NCBI GenBank assembly: GCA_013115125.1
Contig: JABANN010000196.1
Location: 1-54,070 of the forward strand
Source of the DNA: Perkinsus olseni
Lineage: Eukaryota
DNA length: 54,070 nucleotides
Reading direction: 5' to 3'
Positions 1 to 13,350 of this stretch are shown here, in pieces (positions within the stretch are counted from its first letter, which is position 1; each line of letters starts with the position of its first letter). Position numbers and translations under genes: made by a program. Below the pieces are notes generated by a model, which ran no database searches, was not told where the DNA came from, and was given only the letters and a program-made list of their open reading frames with translations.

Positions 1-406
1 TAAGAAACTACAAGAGCGCAAGATTGTGTCAGCTAGGCTAATTGTCCCGCAAGTGTCATAGTAATATTGTAATCACCGATCAACCCGCTGTAGAAGTTGC
101 CTCTGACCAGCCTTTGCCCGGTGAGAGATGGATCAGAGATAGTAGCAAGTCTCGCCTGGGAGAGGCCGATGAACGCGAACGATATCAGAGTTTGAAGGGT
201 TGATGGCATTTACGTCAGGCTGTCGGAAGCTGTCCAGAGCGGTCACCAGGGCTACTCGGTTTGCAAGAGAGGCTTAACACTCTACACACACCCGTCACGC
301 GGAGGCAACTACGCGACAGTCACATGTTTTCCTGAAGCTTAAAGACCCAGCCAACCAAAGGAGAGTGAGGAGACGTACAGTCGAAAATTATTCGGCACTG
401 CCAGGG

Positions 407-493
407 TCTGTCACTAAATTCTCAAGATCTGTCACTAAATTTAGCGCGCGCCCTAACAATCGTCAGATAGCGCGCGCCTTGATAATCGACAAA
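407..493. repeat. Two short direct repeats: TCTGTCACTAAATT x2 and a ~26-nt TAGCGCGCGCC unit x2
   Basis: TCTGTCACTAAATT at 407-420 and 428-441; TAGCGCGCGCC at 442-452 and 468-478, each followed by a similar tail. Confidence 0.8.
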
Positions 494-940
494 TGTCCGA
501 ATTCCTTGTAATCCGGTGTCGGCGTAAGTACAAGGACTCAATACACAACGCCAAGTGGGTAGCGTAGATGGATTAGATGATTATAGTAGTATAGCAATGA
601 AGTCTTTTACTACTTCCCGTCTGAGGGCGAGGACCTCCAAGTTTGCATCATAATCACCCACAGTCAGGAGAATGGAGCGCGAAGACAGCGAGCAGTGTGC
701 GGTGCTGTTTCTGGCGATGAAGCTGGCCCTAATTTAGTAGTCGACTATGGAGGTCGCTACGAAAGATTCATCGTCGCATTGCGGACAGACTTCCGTAACA
801 TACGCCTAGCTCCCGGCGACTTTAGAAACATCATTGTGCGGAGCAGAAATGAAATTGAAATCACGGTGGAAGGCTACCGAGTTGAGCTATCCAGAGATCC
901 GACCGCCAACCTAAGAGCGTTATTCACAGGCGAGGAATAG
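493..940 (+). CDS. Small hypothetical protein, probably two exons (493-558, 590-940)
   Basis: ORF 695-940 stays open upstream to 590. A short GT..AG intron (559-589) would join it in frame to the ATG at 493. No family recognised. Confidence 0.3.
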
Positions 941-1480
941 GAAGCAAGGAACGAACTGGCGAGATCATGCTTGTGCAGGAAACCATGTCTTCGGGTGTTA
1001 CTGGGTGCCACCTAGTTGCGTGAAGTTTCGCCAACATCATTGTTGCGGCCACTCGGAACATCATCGGCATAGGAAGTCTTTGTTGCATACTCCGGCGCAA
1101 AGTATGCAACTGCCTCGATAGGAAAGAACACGGTTTGGAATGAATATGGGGAGATACCGAGTAACATGGTCTGTGAGTAAGGAAAAAGATGGTAGATGAG
1201 AGCAGCCAAGTACGGATACCGACACCGCTCGATGTAAATGACGACGATTGCAAAGGTTGTCGGATCTAACCGTATTATCGACTGCACGATAGGATAAATT
1301 GTGGACAGAGCTAGCGCACATCGGCTACCATTGTCTTTCGATCTCTTCGGAGATGGTGCTGGTATCGAAGCAGCAAGCGGAGGACCACACAAAGGCTCGT
1401 ACAGTAGAGCTGCTAGCCTGTGTCCTCAGCACAACTCGTACGTTCCCTGCAACAGTAACTCGTGCAGTTCCAGATGTTCA

Positions 1481-4400
1481 ATGCTATCCGTCACTTCTGC
1501 CCTCTACACGATAGCTGCTCTCTCACTACCGGCGAGATCCAACACACTTCTCGTCCGGTCGCAAGCACCAGCATCGGTACGCGCATTGGCAGCAACTACG
1601 ACCTCCGAGATGACCTTCGTCTGGGAAGCTCCCTCAAAGTTGAATCACTGCGTCTTCTCCTCTTGGTCGTTCACCTTGAGTGAAGTGCTCGAGGACGGCT
1701 CCTTGAGCTCAGCCTTCGTCCCTTCAGGATGCGAGGCTTTGACCAGCATCTGCGAGTCCACCTGTACAGCGACTAACCTTCGCCCATTCACGCGTTATAT
1801 CGCTCACATTGGCGTCGAATGTGAAGATCCTCGGGCGAACAGCTTTAGGAGCAACGACTCCTCGACTGTCCCGGTGACCATAAGTTTCTTGGCGCGGGGG
1901 CCGCGAGACCTTCCGGGGGATCCTCCGTCCAGTGCCTACATCGTTGCGGGGGTGAGGACCAAACCGGTCAGAATCGGCGCTCCGACTGATGTGACCATCA
2001 CAAAAGCCGACGGTAACTCCGTTTTGGTCGAATGGACCCCTGGGGATGGCTCGTTGGGCAACTGCCAATTCCACTCTTGGCTGGTGGTCGCATTCTACGG
2101 CTCTCGCAAGGTCGTCTCGCCGCCAGGATGCACTGTGTCCGAGCTGCCGATCTTTGACAGAACTCGTAGAGAGTGCACAGCAGAGATCGACCAGTGCGAC
2201 GTGACGGTCGAATTTGTCGTTCAAGAGTTGTGCGTCCTCCTAGACGCGGACTCTGCCTCCTCGCGGAGGTCACTTCCGATACGGATAGAGAACAGAGCTG
2301 ACTGCCTTGAAAGGGCCGCCCCTCCTACTTCACTTGCTACTGCTTCTCCAACTCTCAACACCCTACGCTTGACATGGCTCGGTAGCCATTTCGGTTGCTA
2401 CCCAGGAGGCCCGTCGGCAACTGTGTCGTCGCGGTCGTGGCAAGTACTCGGACGGCGCATAGGGTCCCCCTTGTACGATGCGATCGCTTGCCTCGATGAG
2501 GAAGGCGTGGCCCATCATGGGAATATAACCTTGCCAAGTTCCAAGTCCAACACCTTCTCCTGCGTCGCCATCGGACTCGATGCTGATACCCCCTACTCGT
2601 TCACTGTGAAAGAGCTCTGTGTGAGTGATGTGCACCCAGCCCTCGCCGACAGTCCTCCCAGCGAGCCCTCGGTGCCCGTTGCAACACTATCGTACTTGCG
2701 GACGAAGTGGCGGGTGGAGGTCGGCCCTCCTGTTGGCAGCGGCCGAAGCGTGAAAGCAGCGATACACGGCTTGGTTATTTACAACGACACCAACTGTACT
2801 TTGATCGAGCGGAACGTCTCCGAGACGGCCACTGGCGTCACGGAGGGGTATCTTGAGGTCAAGTTCGATACCCCCACCAATATCAGCTGCATGAGACTTC
2901 AACACGATGCCAGGGAGGACCTCAGCGTGGCGCTCAGCTACTTCGATCCATCCCTCAGGCGATTCGTAGTTTACTATGTATTTAATAACCTCCACGGAGG
3001 GACAAGATCCGAGCGGAAGTGGACCAGGGGCTTGGCGTATCCGGCATGCTACGGCTATGTTGATGTGCCTTCTTGTTCTACATACGGGAATTGTACCATC
3101 AGTGGTTTACGATGCTCCTGGCAGCACGAAGGAGACCGTGTCCTCCCGTTGCCTCTGTCAGAAGCATCTCCACAGAGCCCTTCCCACCAAGACCGTGTCC
3201 TGCGGGCGACGGCGTCCCACACGGGGTTCCCTGCACCCGACGAAGAGACAGATGAGGAACATTCTGGAGACCTACTAGGCGTCAGTCGACCAGCTAATAT
3301 CTCTTCTGACGGCAGTCTCATCGTGGACTTCGGCAAGGAGGCAATCACTGCTCGACCGGGGTTCTACCAGCTTTGCAAATGTGACGTGAAGGCGACCGCA
3401 ACCGGCTGCCCTATCTCCGTAGAGGGCCTCCTCGGGGTAGGTTGGCCTAGGAATAAGTACATGACTCCTGCTGGCGCGCTGTTGGTCCTCGGCCCACTGG
3501 CACGGAGGGCGGTGTTCACTGCCATCAGAGGGCTCCCTTTCAAGGCAGAGATTTTCGGATATGGACTGTCTCACGGGGATCGAGTAAGGAAGCAGCACAG
3601 CATGGCTTCCTGGCCCCACGTCTGCTCAGGTCCTGGTGGCGACTGACCGCTGCAGCCTGGGCGTGGCCGTCAGGGCCTTCTCCAACTCGGACGCCCTCGG
3701 AAAACCCCGCAACACCTCCCGGGCTGATGCTAGGGACCCCGAGCTGCAAAAGCAGGTCTACCACTGGGAAGGCCGCGTGCAGTCATTTCCCGGCAGCTAC
3801 CAACTGGTGAGGCATCGCGACCACTCAGAGAGTACTCGTCAGGCTTTCAGTGCTACTGTTCGCCGCTGCACTCGAGGACCAAGTGTCATCATCCTGACGA
3901 GTTCACAATCCCTGTTGTTGTCGATCACCACACCACAAGCGCTCACAGCGACCCCTCAATCAAAGCCACGGTGGAGGTCATCGGCCCTTGTGAGCGAAGG
4001 GCAGCCCGTCGCTTCTTTAGAACCCTCCGGAATCATCGTCGTGTTCAGACCCCGACCACAGGATAACGATCGTCAAAGGGCAGCCACTGTTGGTGGAAGG
4101 CATAGGAGGGCAGGGCCTCTCGGAAACGACCGACCACGTACTCGTCACCGCCGTCTGCGGCGACAAACCGAGCGCAGAAATCCAAGGTTGCCCTTTCGGG
4201 ATCGGGACCTGGGCGGCAGAACCCTCCCTCAGGCCTCCCCAACGGCGGTCGATCCACTGGGTCTTCCCAGAATGGGAGTATCTTTCATTTCGGCGCGAGC
4301 ACGCCCGTCACCACAGAAGTCGGAGCCTATGCCCTTTGCTGGTGCCAAGACCAGGACCCCTCCGTGGCGTCGTGCACGTCCAGTGGCAATTTTACGGCAG

Positions 4401-7400
4401 TTATCGGTCGACTCATCATCAGCGGGCCCGATGCCCGCCTGACTGAGGACCACTTCAGCTACCGCGGCCGAGCACTGTCGATCCAACTGAGGGGCCAAGG
4501 CCTACGACCAGACGGGAATGACAGCATCATACTCAGACCCGACGCTGATGGATACCGTGGGTGTCCAGAAGGTGAGCCGTGATGAGCCTCGACCGGATGG
4601 AAGCTCCTTCCGACCGGCAGCGTGTGGTAGGCACAGACTCCGAGATTGAGGAATCGTTCGGTCCAGTCGGGTCCACTCTGAGCTCTCATCCTTATGACGC
4701 ACATCATGGACGGAGGGACATCGAGGTAGATGGTAGACTTGGCCAGTTGATGAACTGATACCAGGTGTACCACCAACAACGCCTCGATGCTTCACCGGGC
4801 TCTTATCATATCTGCTGGTCAACAGCAACGACCGCGGCCAGGCTGGAGGGACGAGGCCTCCCCAACACCATGATGTCAAGGCTTTACAGAGCTGGTCATG
4901 ACGAGCAGCTATCCTGTGGTGCCGATCCTGATGCTTCGTCACAGATGCTGGAATCTTGGCCGTGCGAGGACCGTATCCGAACCAGGTTGCAGTATGCACC
5001 TACGGGAGCGAGGAGTGTTCGATCCAGTCTCTCCGCGGTGAGAGGAGGCAGTGTCACCATGAGGCTTTCCCGTAGGTATCGATCTGAATAACGGTGATAG
5101 GATCAGAATCGTTAGTCGGCCCGGCATAGCTAGCAGCAATTTACGAGACCTTCCACCTGGCTACAGTGGCTGCCCTGGGAGGCCTACAGGTGCTCGACCA
5201 CTCATCATCAGTTGATTGAGACATGTGCCACAGAAAGTGTCCTCTATGGAGCCTCCGACGAATGGTACTCGCTGCCGGGCGTGTCGGCATCATCCCGTCC
5301 GGCCACTAACGGAGGGCAAGCCTTCCACTGGGGGTCCGAGCAAGCCGGTGACTATCTCCTATCCAGGGTTGACGAGTACACCATGTGCTGGTCAGTGGCC
5401 GCGGACCTGTGCCGCCTGAGGACTCCCTCAGCAGGTGCTCGTCCTTTCCCCAGCCGAGCGGAGGACAACTTCCATGCACCCTCATCGTGGACTACCAGGC
5501 AGTCGTGGGGACACTGATAGTGGCCAAGCCTCTCGGGTGCAGCGAAACCGCATCGCACAACGACGACTGTTTCCTACAAATTCCGCGCTCCCTTGTGAGC
5601 GGGGAAGGCCTAGCGTTGCTCAGAACAGAGTGAGCGCGACAACAGCGACTAAAGGTTGGCCACCACTCGTCTCTCTTCAGGACTTCTACATGTGACGACT
5701 ATACTGTGGAAGACGCCGAGGAGTTGGCGGGCATCCTGCTGGCCTCTCGAATGGAGCTGGAAGCCGGTTCGACCAACACCCTATCATCCTCCTGGCACCA
5801 GGCCTTTCACTCACCGACCGGCCTCAATGCCTCCAACCTTACCAAAGGCACCTACAAGCTATGCCAGATAGTCGACGACGGGCGGCACTTACGCGAGCTC
5901 AGTGTCGTCTACGACCGCTTGAGCCCCTTGGGAAAACTTAAAGTTGGATACGGTGGCCAAGCCATGATGGCTTCACAGATTCCTCAGGAGCTTAGAAAGT
6001 TCATCATTTGCCCCCGATTCAGTCGGTGGGAGCCGTCCACTCGTTCATGTGATTGCTTGCCGGGCTACCACCCCGTCCCAGAAAGTCCCTCAGCGGGGCC
6101 CACCAGTCACCACTGTGAGCCCTGCCCGCTCGGATACTATTGTCCGGGGGAGGGGGAGAAGCGGCCCTGTGCCCCTGGGCTGACTACTGCCAGTACTGGA
6201 GCAGCGTACGTAGAGGACTGTATGTGCGGCCCGGGCGGGTACCTGGGAGGTGGAAGCGCTCCGACCTGTCTGCCGTGCCCTAGGGGGACTTATAAGTCTG
6301 ACGTTGCCAATCACAGCGCATGCTACAGAGGGTGTTTCAACAGAGAGGGTCTTGCCGCTCCCTTCGAGGGGTCGACATCCGAGCCTGGAGCTACGGGGCC
6401 GTTGGACTGCCGCTGCGCAGAAGGGTACATACTAAGCTACGCTGCTGGAGGGAGGGACTCCGCGCCGCTCACCTGCATCAGATGTCCTCTGGGAATGATC
6501 TGCCAGAGCCGCGGTGAGTGTGTGTGGTGACACTGAGGCGGTACGGTTGATGAGTAGGTAAAGCGTTTGAGGGTAGGATACCCATGGCTGTGAGCTATGA
6601 ACTGCTGGGGATGGATGACCCCGAGGTCCGTCTCTTCCAAGACTCCTGTGTCCAATACTCGCTCGATCAGATGGTTGGCGGCAGCGAGAATGAGGGGACG
6701 AACACGGCCACTGAGAAGATCATGAGTGTCCTGTCTGACCTCTTGTGCCGGGCAGCAGTGCGAGAAGGAGGGGCAACGTGCTTTCTAGAAGGGGTGTCGG
6801 CCAAGCTTCCACGCCGTCTTCTGACCACTACACTGGGAGGCCGCCGTCTTCTGAACGTGGAACCAGCGATAGAGGTCACGGCTAGGGTAAGCCCACTTGG
6901 CATGCCGACTCGTCGTGCCAGTGAGCCCCACCTAGGTGGTCGTGTCTGCGAGGGCAGCGGCTAGCGTCGAAGCATCGGCAGCCAACGGGGGTGAGGAGCT
7001 AGCGGCTAGGCTGCGAGACACGTCAGAGGACGGGGTCTTCGATGGGCTTGAGAGAATAACCGTGAGGGGATGCTTTCAGTGGCCGGGTATCGTCCCCGTG
7101 TCTTCAGCCACTGGCCGCGGCTGCCAATACGACCGCACAGGAGCTCTTCCAATGGTTCGCGGGAGTGGACGGCGGCCTGCTAGTCTCATGTCCGGTCGGG
7201 AGTCTTGTGCCAACAGGGAAGGCTGCCACTTTAATAGAAGTATGGAGCACTCAGGAACTTTTCACCGCATGACGAGTGACGATCTTTCAGGACTGCGCAT
7301 GCGGCCCGGGGTGGGTACTGGTGGCGAGAAGGCCCTCTGGTGGTCCTCTGTGCGACCGCTGTGGCTTCGGCTCCTACAGGGACGGGGTCTCCGATACCCC

Positions 7401-10400
7401 CAACGCCACCTGCACGTCTTGCAGCCGGAATATGGTCACTCGGATCGATACAGCGCCCTCGTCTGAGTACTGTATATGCCGCCCCAGCTTCTACTGGGAC
7501 CCGGAGCTCGGTGCTTGCAGTCCGTGTCCGGAGGGGGACATCTGCACGTAAGAACCATCTAGGACGGAATGATTTGGATAGGAAAAAGCCCATGTGTGTG
7601 GATTGAGGCCTCGCAGGATGCAAGGAGTTGGTGATGGTGTGGTATGAGACTCATACTATGAGTAGCGATTTCCATTCTAGGGAGCATCCGCTCAACGCCC
7701 CGCCTCCTCCACCAGCGATCCGTACACTCGCTCGATGGTACGGCAGCGCCCTCGATCATCAATGGCATCAGGAGATATCCCGTCATCCGACCCGAATACC
7801 CTGCCCCTCTGGGATGACTAGGCTTGGTGGTACCAACGAGTATCAGCTAGCTGGCGGGCCCGAGGTGAGTATCGTCCTTGCCGAGGGTTGAGCCTTCATG
7901 CGGGGTTGACTCAGGCGCTCGCGTATCCCGCTTCGGATGCCTCTGTTCTCGAGTCATGTGAGTGCGCCCCTGGTCGAAAGTCCGTCCCCATTGGCGACGT
8001 ACTGTGGGAAGAAGGGAGGGTGAAGATCCGCAAATACTACAAGTTGAGGGTGAGGTCTCGAGCCTCTGCCATTGAGTAGGGCTTCGGTCAGATAGTCACT
8101 GGAAACGGGAGGGCCCTAGCGCCCTACGTGAAAGAGGATACCGTACAGATCTTATCGACGCGGAAGTGCAGCCCTTTCCTCGACGCCACCACAGCCGAAA
8201 CTGTGGCCGTCGAAGCGTGGAGGCAACACTTCGACGACGTCAGTGTGACCATCGTGTGGGGTTTATCCGCTCCCGGGGCTTCGGCCGGCTGCGTGAGGAT
8301 GGCTCGAAGTGTTCTAGGAGGCCCCTTGGGGGACGGATCTGTCTCCAGCCCTTGGTGGGCGAGGGGCTACGTCGAGCTCCTAGGTTGGACGAGCTACCAT
8401 TGCGAGACTTCTATCGCCCCCTGTGCTTACAACTGGACGCCTTTGGGGTTGTGGACCTATGATAAAACTAAGGAAACTCTAGGGCGAGCAAGTTCTGCAA
8501 GTGACCTGAGGCTTCCACTTCTATTAAAGATCGGCACGGATGAGAATAGCAACACCACGATGAATGGCACTTTGTCATCTCCTTCGCCCGGAGGAAATAT
8601 TCGCGCTGTGGTGGTCGACAGCAGCAGCCGAGTTTGCGAGATGTGTGAGAGTGGACGAATCAAGTCCAGCATCAGCAACGCCGACTCCTGCCGAGAATCA
8701 TGCCCAGCGAACAGTGAGTCAAATCCGGGGGCCATGTCCGGCAGGGACTGTTACTGCTCGCGGGGGAACTACAGAGACGTCGTGACGGAAAGGCTCCTCA
8801 CTAGTGATTATACTGATACCTCCACACTTGTCTGTAAGCCCTGTTCAAGTCTGGTGCCGGGAAGCCCAGCGGTCGCTCAGTGTCCTGGCCGAGACCTCCC
8901 GATTTCCATGCCCAACTATTATATAGTCCCACAGAGGGTCGCCAGTGGTGGAATCTTCGGCGCCAAGAAATTCACACCCTATGGCTTCGATGATGCCAAC
9001 AGCAGTGATGGTCGGTATCGCAGTCCTGTTGTTGAAGCATGCGTGGTGGAAGAGGACTTGGACATCCCTTCAATAAGGCCGCCAACAACGTGCAAGGCCC
9101 ATGGGCAGTGCCTTGAGGGGATGAGAGGATTTATGTGTGGGGCGTGCGCTAGTGGCTACTGGCGAGATGACGTTGAGAAGAGTTGTGAAGAATGCGACAC
9201 TTCCTGGTGGGCTCGGGCCCTCTACTATTTGAACATACCATGGTTCTTGCTGGTCGACAGCGCCCAAGCTGTGGTCATCGCGAAGTTCACTGCCGATGCG
9301 GCCGATGACGAGAGCCGTCCGATCCACTCTGTTATAATCAAAATTCTCGGCAACTACTTCGTCGCCATCGCTCCCTTGGGGAGATTTGATTTTTCCAAGC
9401 TTAAGCGGTACTCGAGGAACCCCGGTATGTCGACTGAGGTCAACATACCCTCCTGGAGTCGAGCGTTCTTCCGTAAGCTCATCGCTGTCAAGGACATAGT
9501 GCCGGAAATAAAGGTCGAAAGTTCCGTGATGTGCATCCTGCAGGACTCCCCTCGCCAGCACATCGTCGAGGCCGCCCTCTGGCTCCTCTCTCCCCTGTTC
9601 AAGATCGTCTTCCTCACCCTTGTTTGCGGGACACTGATACTGATGCACAAGCATCTCTGGCGCATTCTTATGACCATCAAGGGCCTTCGGGTGAAGAAGG
9701 ATCGAACGATCAAAGTCGTTTCGAAAAAGATACGCCGCAGTTTGACGAGACGCCGATCGTCAACTGCGAGTTTCAGCACGCGTCGGTCCTCATTGGCGAG
9801 CCTAGTACCCCAGAGTGTGGACGAGGTGGACGTCAGTAGCGTCGACAGTAGCATCTCAGAGCCGACTCCGATTGATGTTGAGGCCCTTGCAGCGAAGCAA
9901 GGGGGCAGCAGCAGCAGCAGCAGCAGCAGGCTGCTGGGGATATGGCGAACTGACTATCCCATACAGTCCGAATCGCGTCTGCGCCGGGCGCTGCGGACCC
10001 TGTGTGGCTTCGTGAATGACAGCACTCCCGTGTACCTCGTGGCTGCGTTCTACTCCTGGCAGAGGGTCACAGAGAAGATGCTCCTGCTCCTCCAATGCAA
10101 CACCTTCAGCGACACAATGAGGGGACAGCACGTCAAGAGGTTGCGCTGGATGACGGACCCCGATGTCCTCTGTTTCGAAGGCAGCCCTCATTCGACTCTA
10201 GTGACCATAGCCGCCCTGGGGTTGACGACCTGGACGATCGGCTTCGTCCTCCTATCAATGACTTTGCTCTTCAACAACCGCAAAGTGCTGATGGAAGACC
10301 ACTGCCTGCGCAAGTACGGCTTCCTCTACCTCGGGTTCGAGGTACGATGTTGGTATTGGGAAAGTGTGAAGAGAGTGCAAGCTTTCCTTTACGGCCTGAT

Positions 10401-12631
10401 AACGTAAGGCTCCTGCTGGTCTCTTGAAGAGCACAATCGTCGACTTCAGTAACATATCTTTGGGCGACATGAAAGCCAAGCTGGTTTGCTACGCCGTCCT
10501 CTCCGGCGTAGCCTGCATCCTGCATGTATCTGTCCTGCCTTACGATGATCGAGAGAAAGGCCTTCTGGACACACTAGAGGCCAAGTCCCTGTGGGTCCTG
10601 TCCCCGTTGTGGAGTCCTTCATGCGTCGTTAAGGTTCTCCATTTTCATCACCCACATCACCATACAGTTGATCCTCATGTTCGACCTCGCGGACGAGGTT
10701 GTTGTTTTCATGGTCTTACTCTGTGGCTTCATGAACGCGGCTTTTATAGTACAGGCCATGTGAGCATTTCCGAAGGCGTTTGGAATAGACAGTCAACTGC
10801 CAGTTACCACCTGCTGAAAGAATACGCATTCTATTACGTTCGGAAACGCGAGAGGCGAACCGCTAAGGTCGAAGAGGCCCGACAGGAAAGCTTGAGGAGG
10901 AGGGCCATCAAGGAGGTTACGTCCAAGCCAACCTTTCGAACGCACGTTGAGTGTCAGATCAAGCGAAGCCGCCGAATGGCACGAAAACGTCTTGAAAGAT
11001 TCATATCACTGGGCGGAACACTGGACGAGAGCGCTGTGAGGAATGCAGAGGATGACTCAATAATGTGGGCCACGCTGGGTGTTCGATAGACCGCCTCTTC
11101 TGAATTCTAGGAGCCCTCCCAGGATCGTATTTCACGCATTAAATTCAATCCTGGGAGCGCTCTTGAAGTTCATTCTCCAGAGTCGACGAGAAGGACATCG
11201 CTGAGTGGATCGAGCAGCGTCGAGGGTTGAAGCCTGCAGCAGGCTCCGAAGAGAACGTGCAAGAGAAGCGTCCGATGTCCTCCTCGCTTCTGGTCACTAT
11301 TAAGGACCTCTGGGCGCGATACTATCCCCCGTGAGCCGACCTGTTGTGCGGTCGTAGAGAGAGCCAGGGCTTCCGCTAGGGATGCCATCATGCGTCATGT
11401 GAAGCGGCTGGAGGATATGAAATCGCTGATGGGGCTTCACATGGAGAAGCCCACAGATTCCATCGGCCAAACTGCCGAAATGCCGACCATAACGACTCTA
11501 TTAATTCCGAAGTCAGAGCGCGATTCGGGCAGCCTCGCCGCGAGCTCCGTCCTCAGGACACCCAAGAACATGGTTGATAGAGTGCGGTACGCTCTCCGCG
11601 GGAACCAGTCTACCGGGGGCGGGCAGGATTTGGTGGTGACAAGTTTCGACAGAGGTAGCCGCCGTTGCCGCTCCCCACAGCATTCCGCTACAGAGTTCTT
11701 CTGGGCGATACAAGCCGAGACGGTGGCGCACATCACAGGACGCTTAGAGGAGGCATCCGGCGGAGTAGAGAACCGGTCGAGTCTTCTTGACGCGGGGGCA
11801 TACGACTTCGCCATGAGGGTGAGCCCTCGGTCGGGCTGGCCCAGATATTTAGCATACGCACAGTCGCTTTGATGCGATACCCGGAGGCAGGTCTTGTTCG
11901 CATACGCTCACCGCCTTCGGAAACAGGACAAGCCATACCTGTGGGGACCCGATGATGCTGTTAGAAGAGTCGAGGAGATGCAACTGGGGTTGCGCCAATT
12001 CTCTCTGGGGAGGGCCTCCAGCCGTGGTCCTTATGGCTGCTAACGCCACCCCTCTCGAACCTCCATCTCTAGCAGGTTCGAGAGCACCGCTCTCTCCTAT
12101 TACAGAGGAGGATGGTGACGGCGAGCAGGAATGGGAGCCCAGTTGTGGCTCCTTTGACGTCCGGAACGATCTCACCCTGGGTGAACTCATAGTCTTACCG
12201 CTGGTTGCGAATGCAGGCGAAGACAGTCAGCAGGTGGGATGATGCCGAAGTACAGGAAATGTTCTCAGTACTGCAGGATCTCGGAAGCGGCGGAGGAGAA
12301 AGGAACACCTTCACTGCAGATGAGCTATTCCGAGCCCATTCGATCGTCATCACTATCAATGCCACTCGCATGTTTAAAGTACCGAGAGGGCATCGTGAGC
12401 TCGGAGATATGTGCCCGTCAGATCTACAGCCTTTACTGCACATACAGATCGTATCGAGCCTTGGCAGCCCAAAACAGAGGGAGAAGACGTGGGGGCCATG
12501 GGAAGCATCACGTTACACCAGCCTCACGCGCGGCGATTAGCGAGAGGTTTGCTCGATGGTCGGCCTCCTCCGTGGCATACAGTCCGCGCCTTATTCGTAT
12601 GCGAATTGAAAATCGCTGTGTTCTTTTATGA
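1481..12631 (+). CDS. Large multi-exon cysteine-repeat modular protein (CRMP)-like membrane protein: signal peptide, FN3-like repeats, GCC2/GCC3/TNFR-like Cys repeats, C-terminal multi-pass TM domain
   Basis: Hydrophobic N-terminus from ATG 1481 (MLSVTSALYTIAALSL). FN3-like motifs (TNLRPFTRY, VEWTPG, GLDADTPYSFTV). Cys repeats (CEPCPLGYYCPG, CLPCPRGTYK, CPANSESNPGAMSGRDCYC). TM region with CxxGxxGFMCGAC, DPDVLCF and KYGFLYLGFE..WYWE. ORFs link through short GT-AG introns; the last exon plausibly ends at TGA 12631. Confidence 0.75.
9905..9929 (+). repeat. (CAG/AGC)n microsatellite encoding poly-Ser in the CRMP-like gene
   Basis: gcagcagcagcagcagcagcagcag, read as SSSSSSS in ORF 8128-10407. 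Confidence 0.85.
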
Positions 12632-12839
12632 GAGAGCTGAAACGTGAGAGCGATGCGCCATTTTGTTAGTATTACCGATGTACTAGTCAACTGCATTACC
12701 CTCGTCACACCATCTTCGACGTCGTTGTGTGGTCGCGCGGACTGCAAGAGAGAAGAATTGATGAGATTAGCCGAATATTGTTCGGCTTGTATCGACGATG
12801 ATCGGTAGTGTGCTGTAAGTAGTGTGCAATGGTGGGTAG

Positions 12840-13350
12840 TGCCCACGGGCTGAATTAAGAGCCGGCACATTCAGGCGAACAGCCAGGGTTCCTCATCACC
12901 TCAGCCGCGATACGGTCCCAGTCCGGATGGGTACGTCCAGCCACAAAGCCTACAACCCCGAGGGACAATTCGCGGTCCCTCCCAAGAGAGCCGACTTACT
13001 CAGTGATTGAATATCCTTCAAGTTCTCTCACATGTATACGATCCTCTCTTGCGGAATCCATGCCTAGAGTTGCAGTTACCTTGAAGGTGATACCTTCAGA
13101 CCCTCCTAGTGACCACCTTACGGTACTTGAGGTACAGAGAATGGCAGAGTGTCGATCTTGGTCTCAGTACCGTCGCATTCGTGCGTTGTTCTTCCACACG
13201 TCCGGATTCTCAGTCTCATGCATCACTCCGACTAGAACAGTCGGAGGAGCAAGGGAGCCAACATTCGCCTTACCGATTAAAGTCTCCCGACTGAAAACGA
13301 TCGGACTTGTCAGCCGGGATGAAGCATATACTTCGGAAGCCAGTGGCTGA
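12840..13350 (+). pseudogene. Possible decayed LTR-retrotransposon gag/protease remnant
   Basis: Frameshifted pieces resemble a zinc knuckle (..HIQAN..), a P/Q/S-rich linker and a retropepsin-like stretch (PRVAVTLKV...SQY...RTVGG). No intact catalytic DxG motif. Confidence 0.25.

Noticed and set aside
1012-12870. Many antisense and overlapping ORFs across the CRMP-like gene (and similarly over other large genes)
   Set aside because: Shadow ORFs of GC-rich coding sequence with no motifs of their own.
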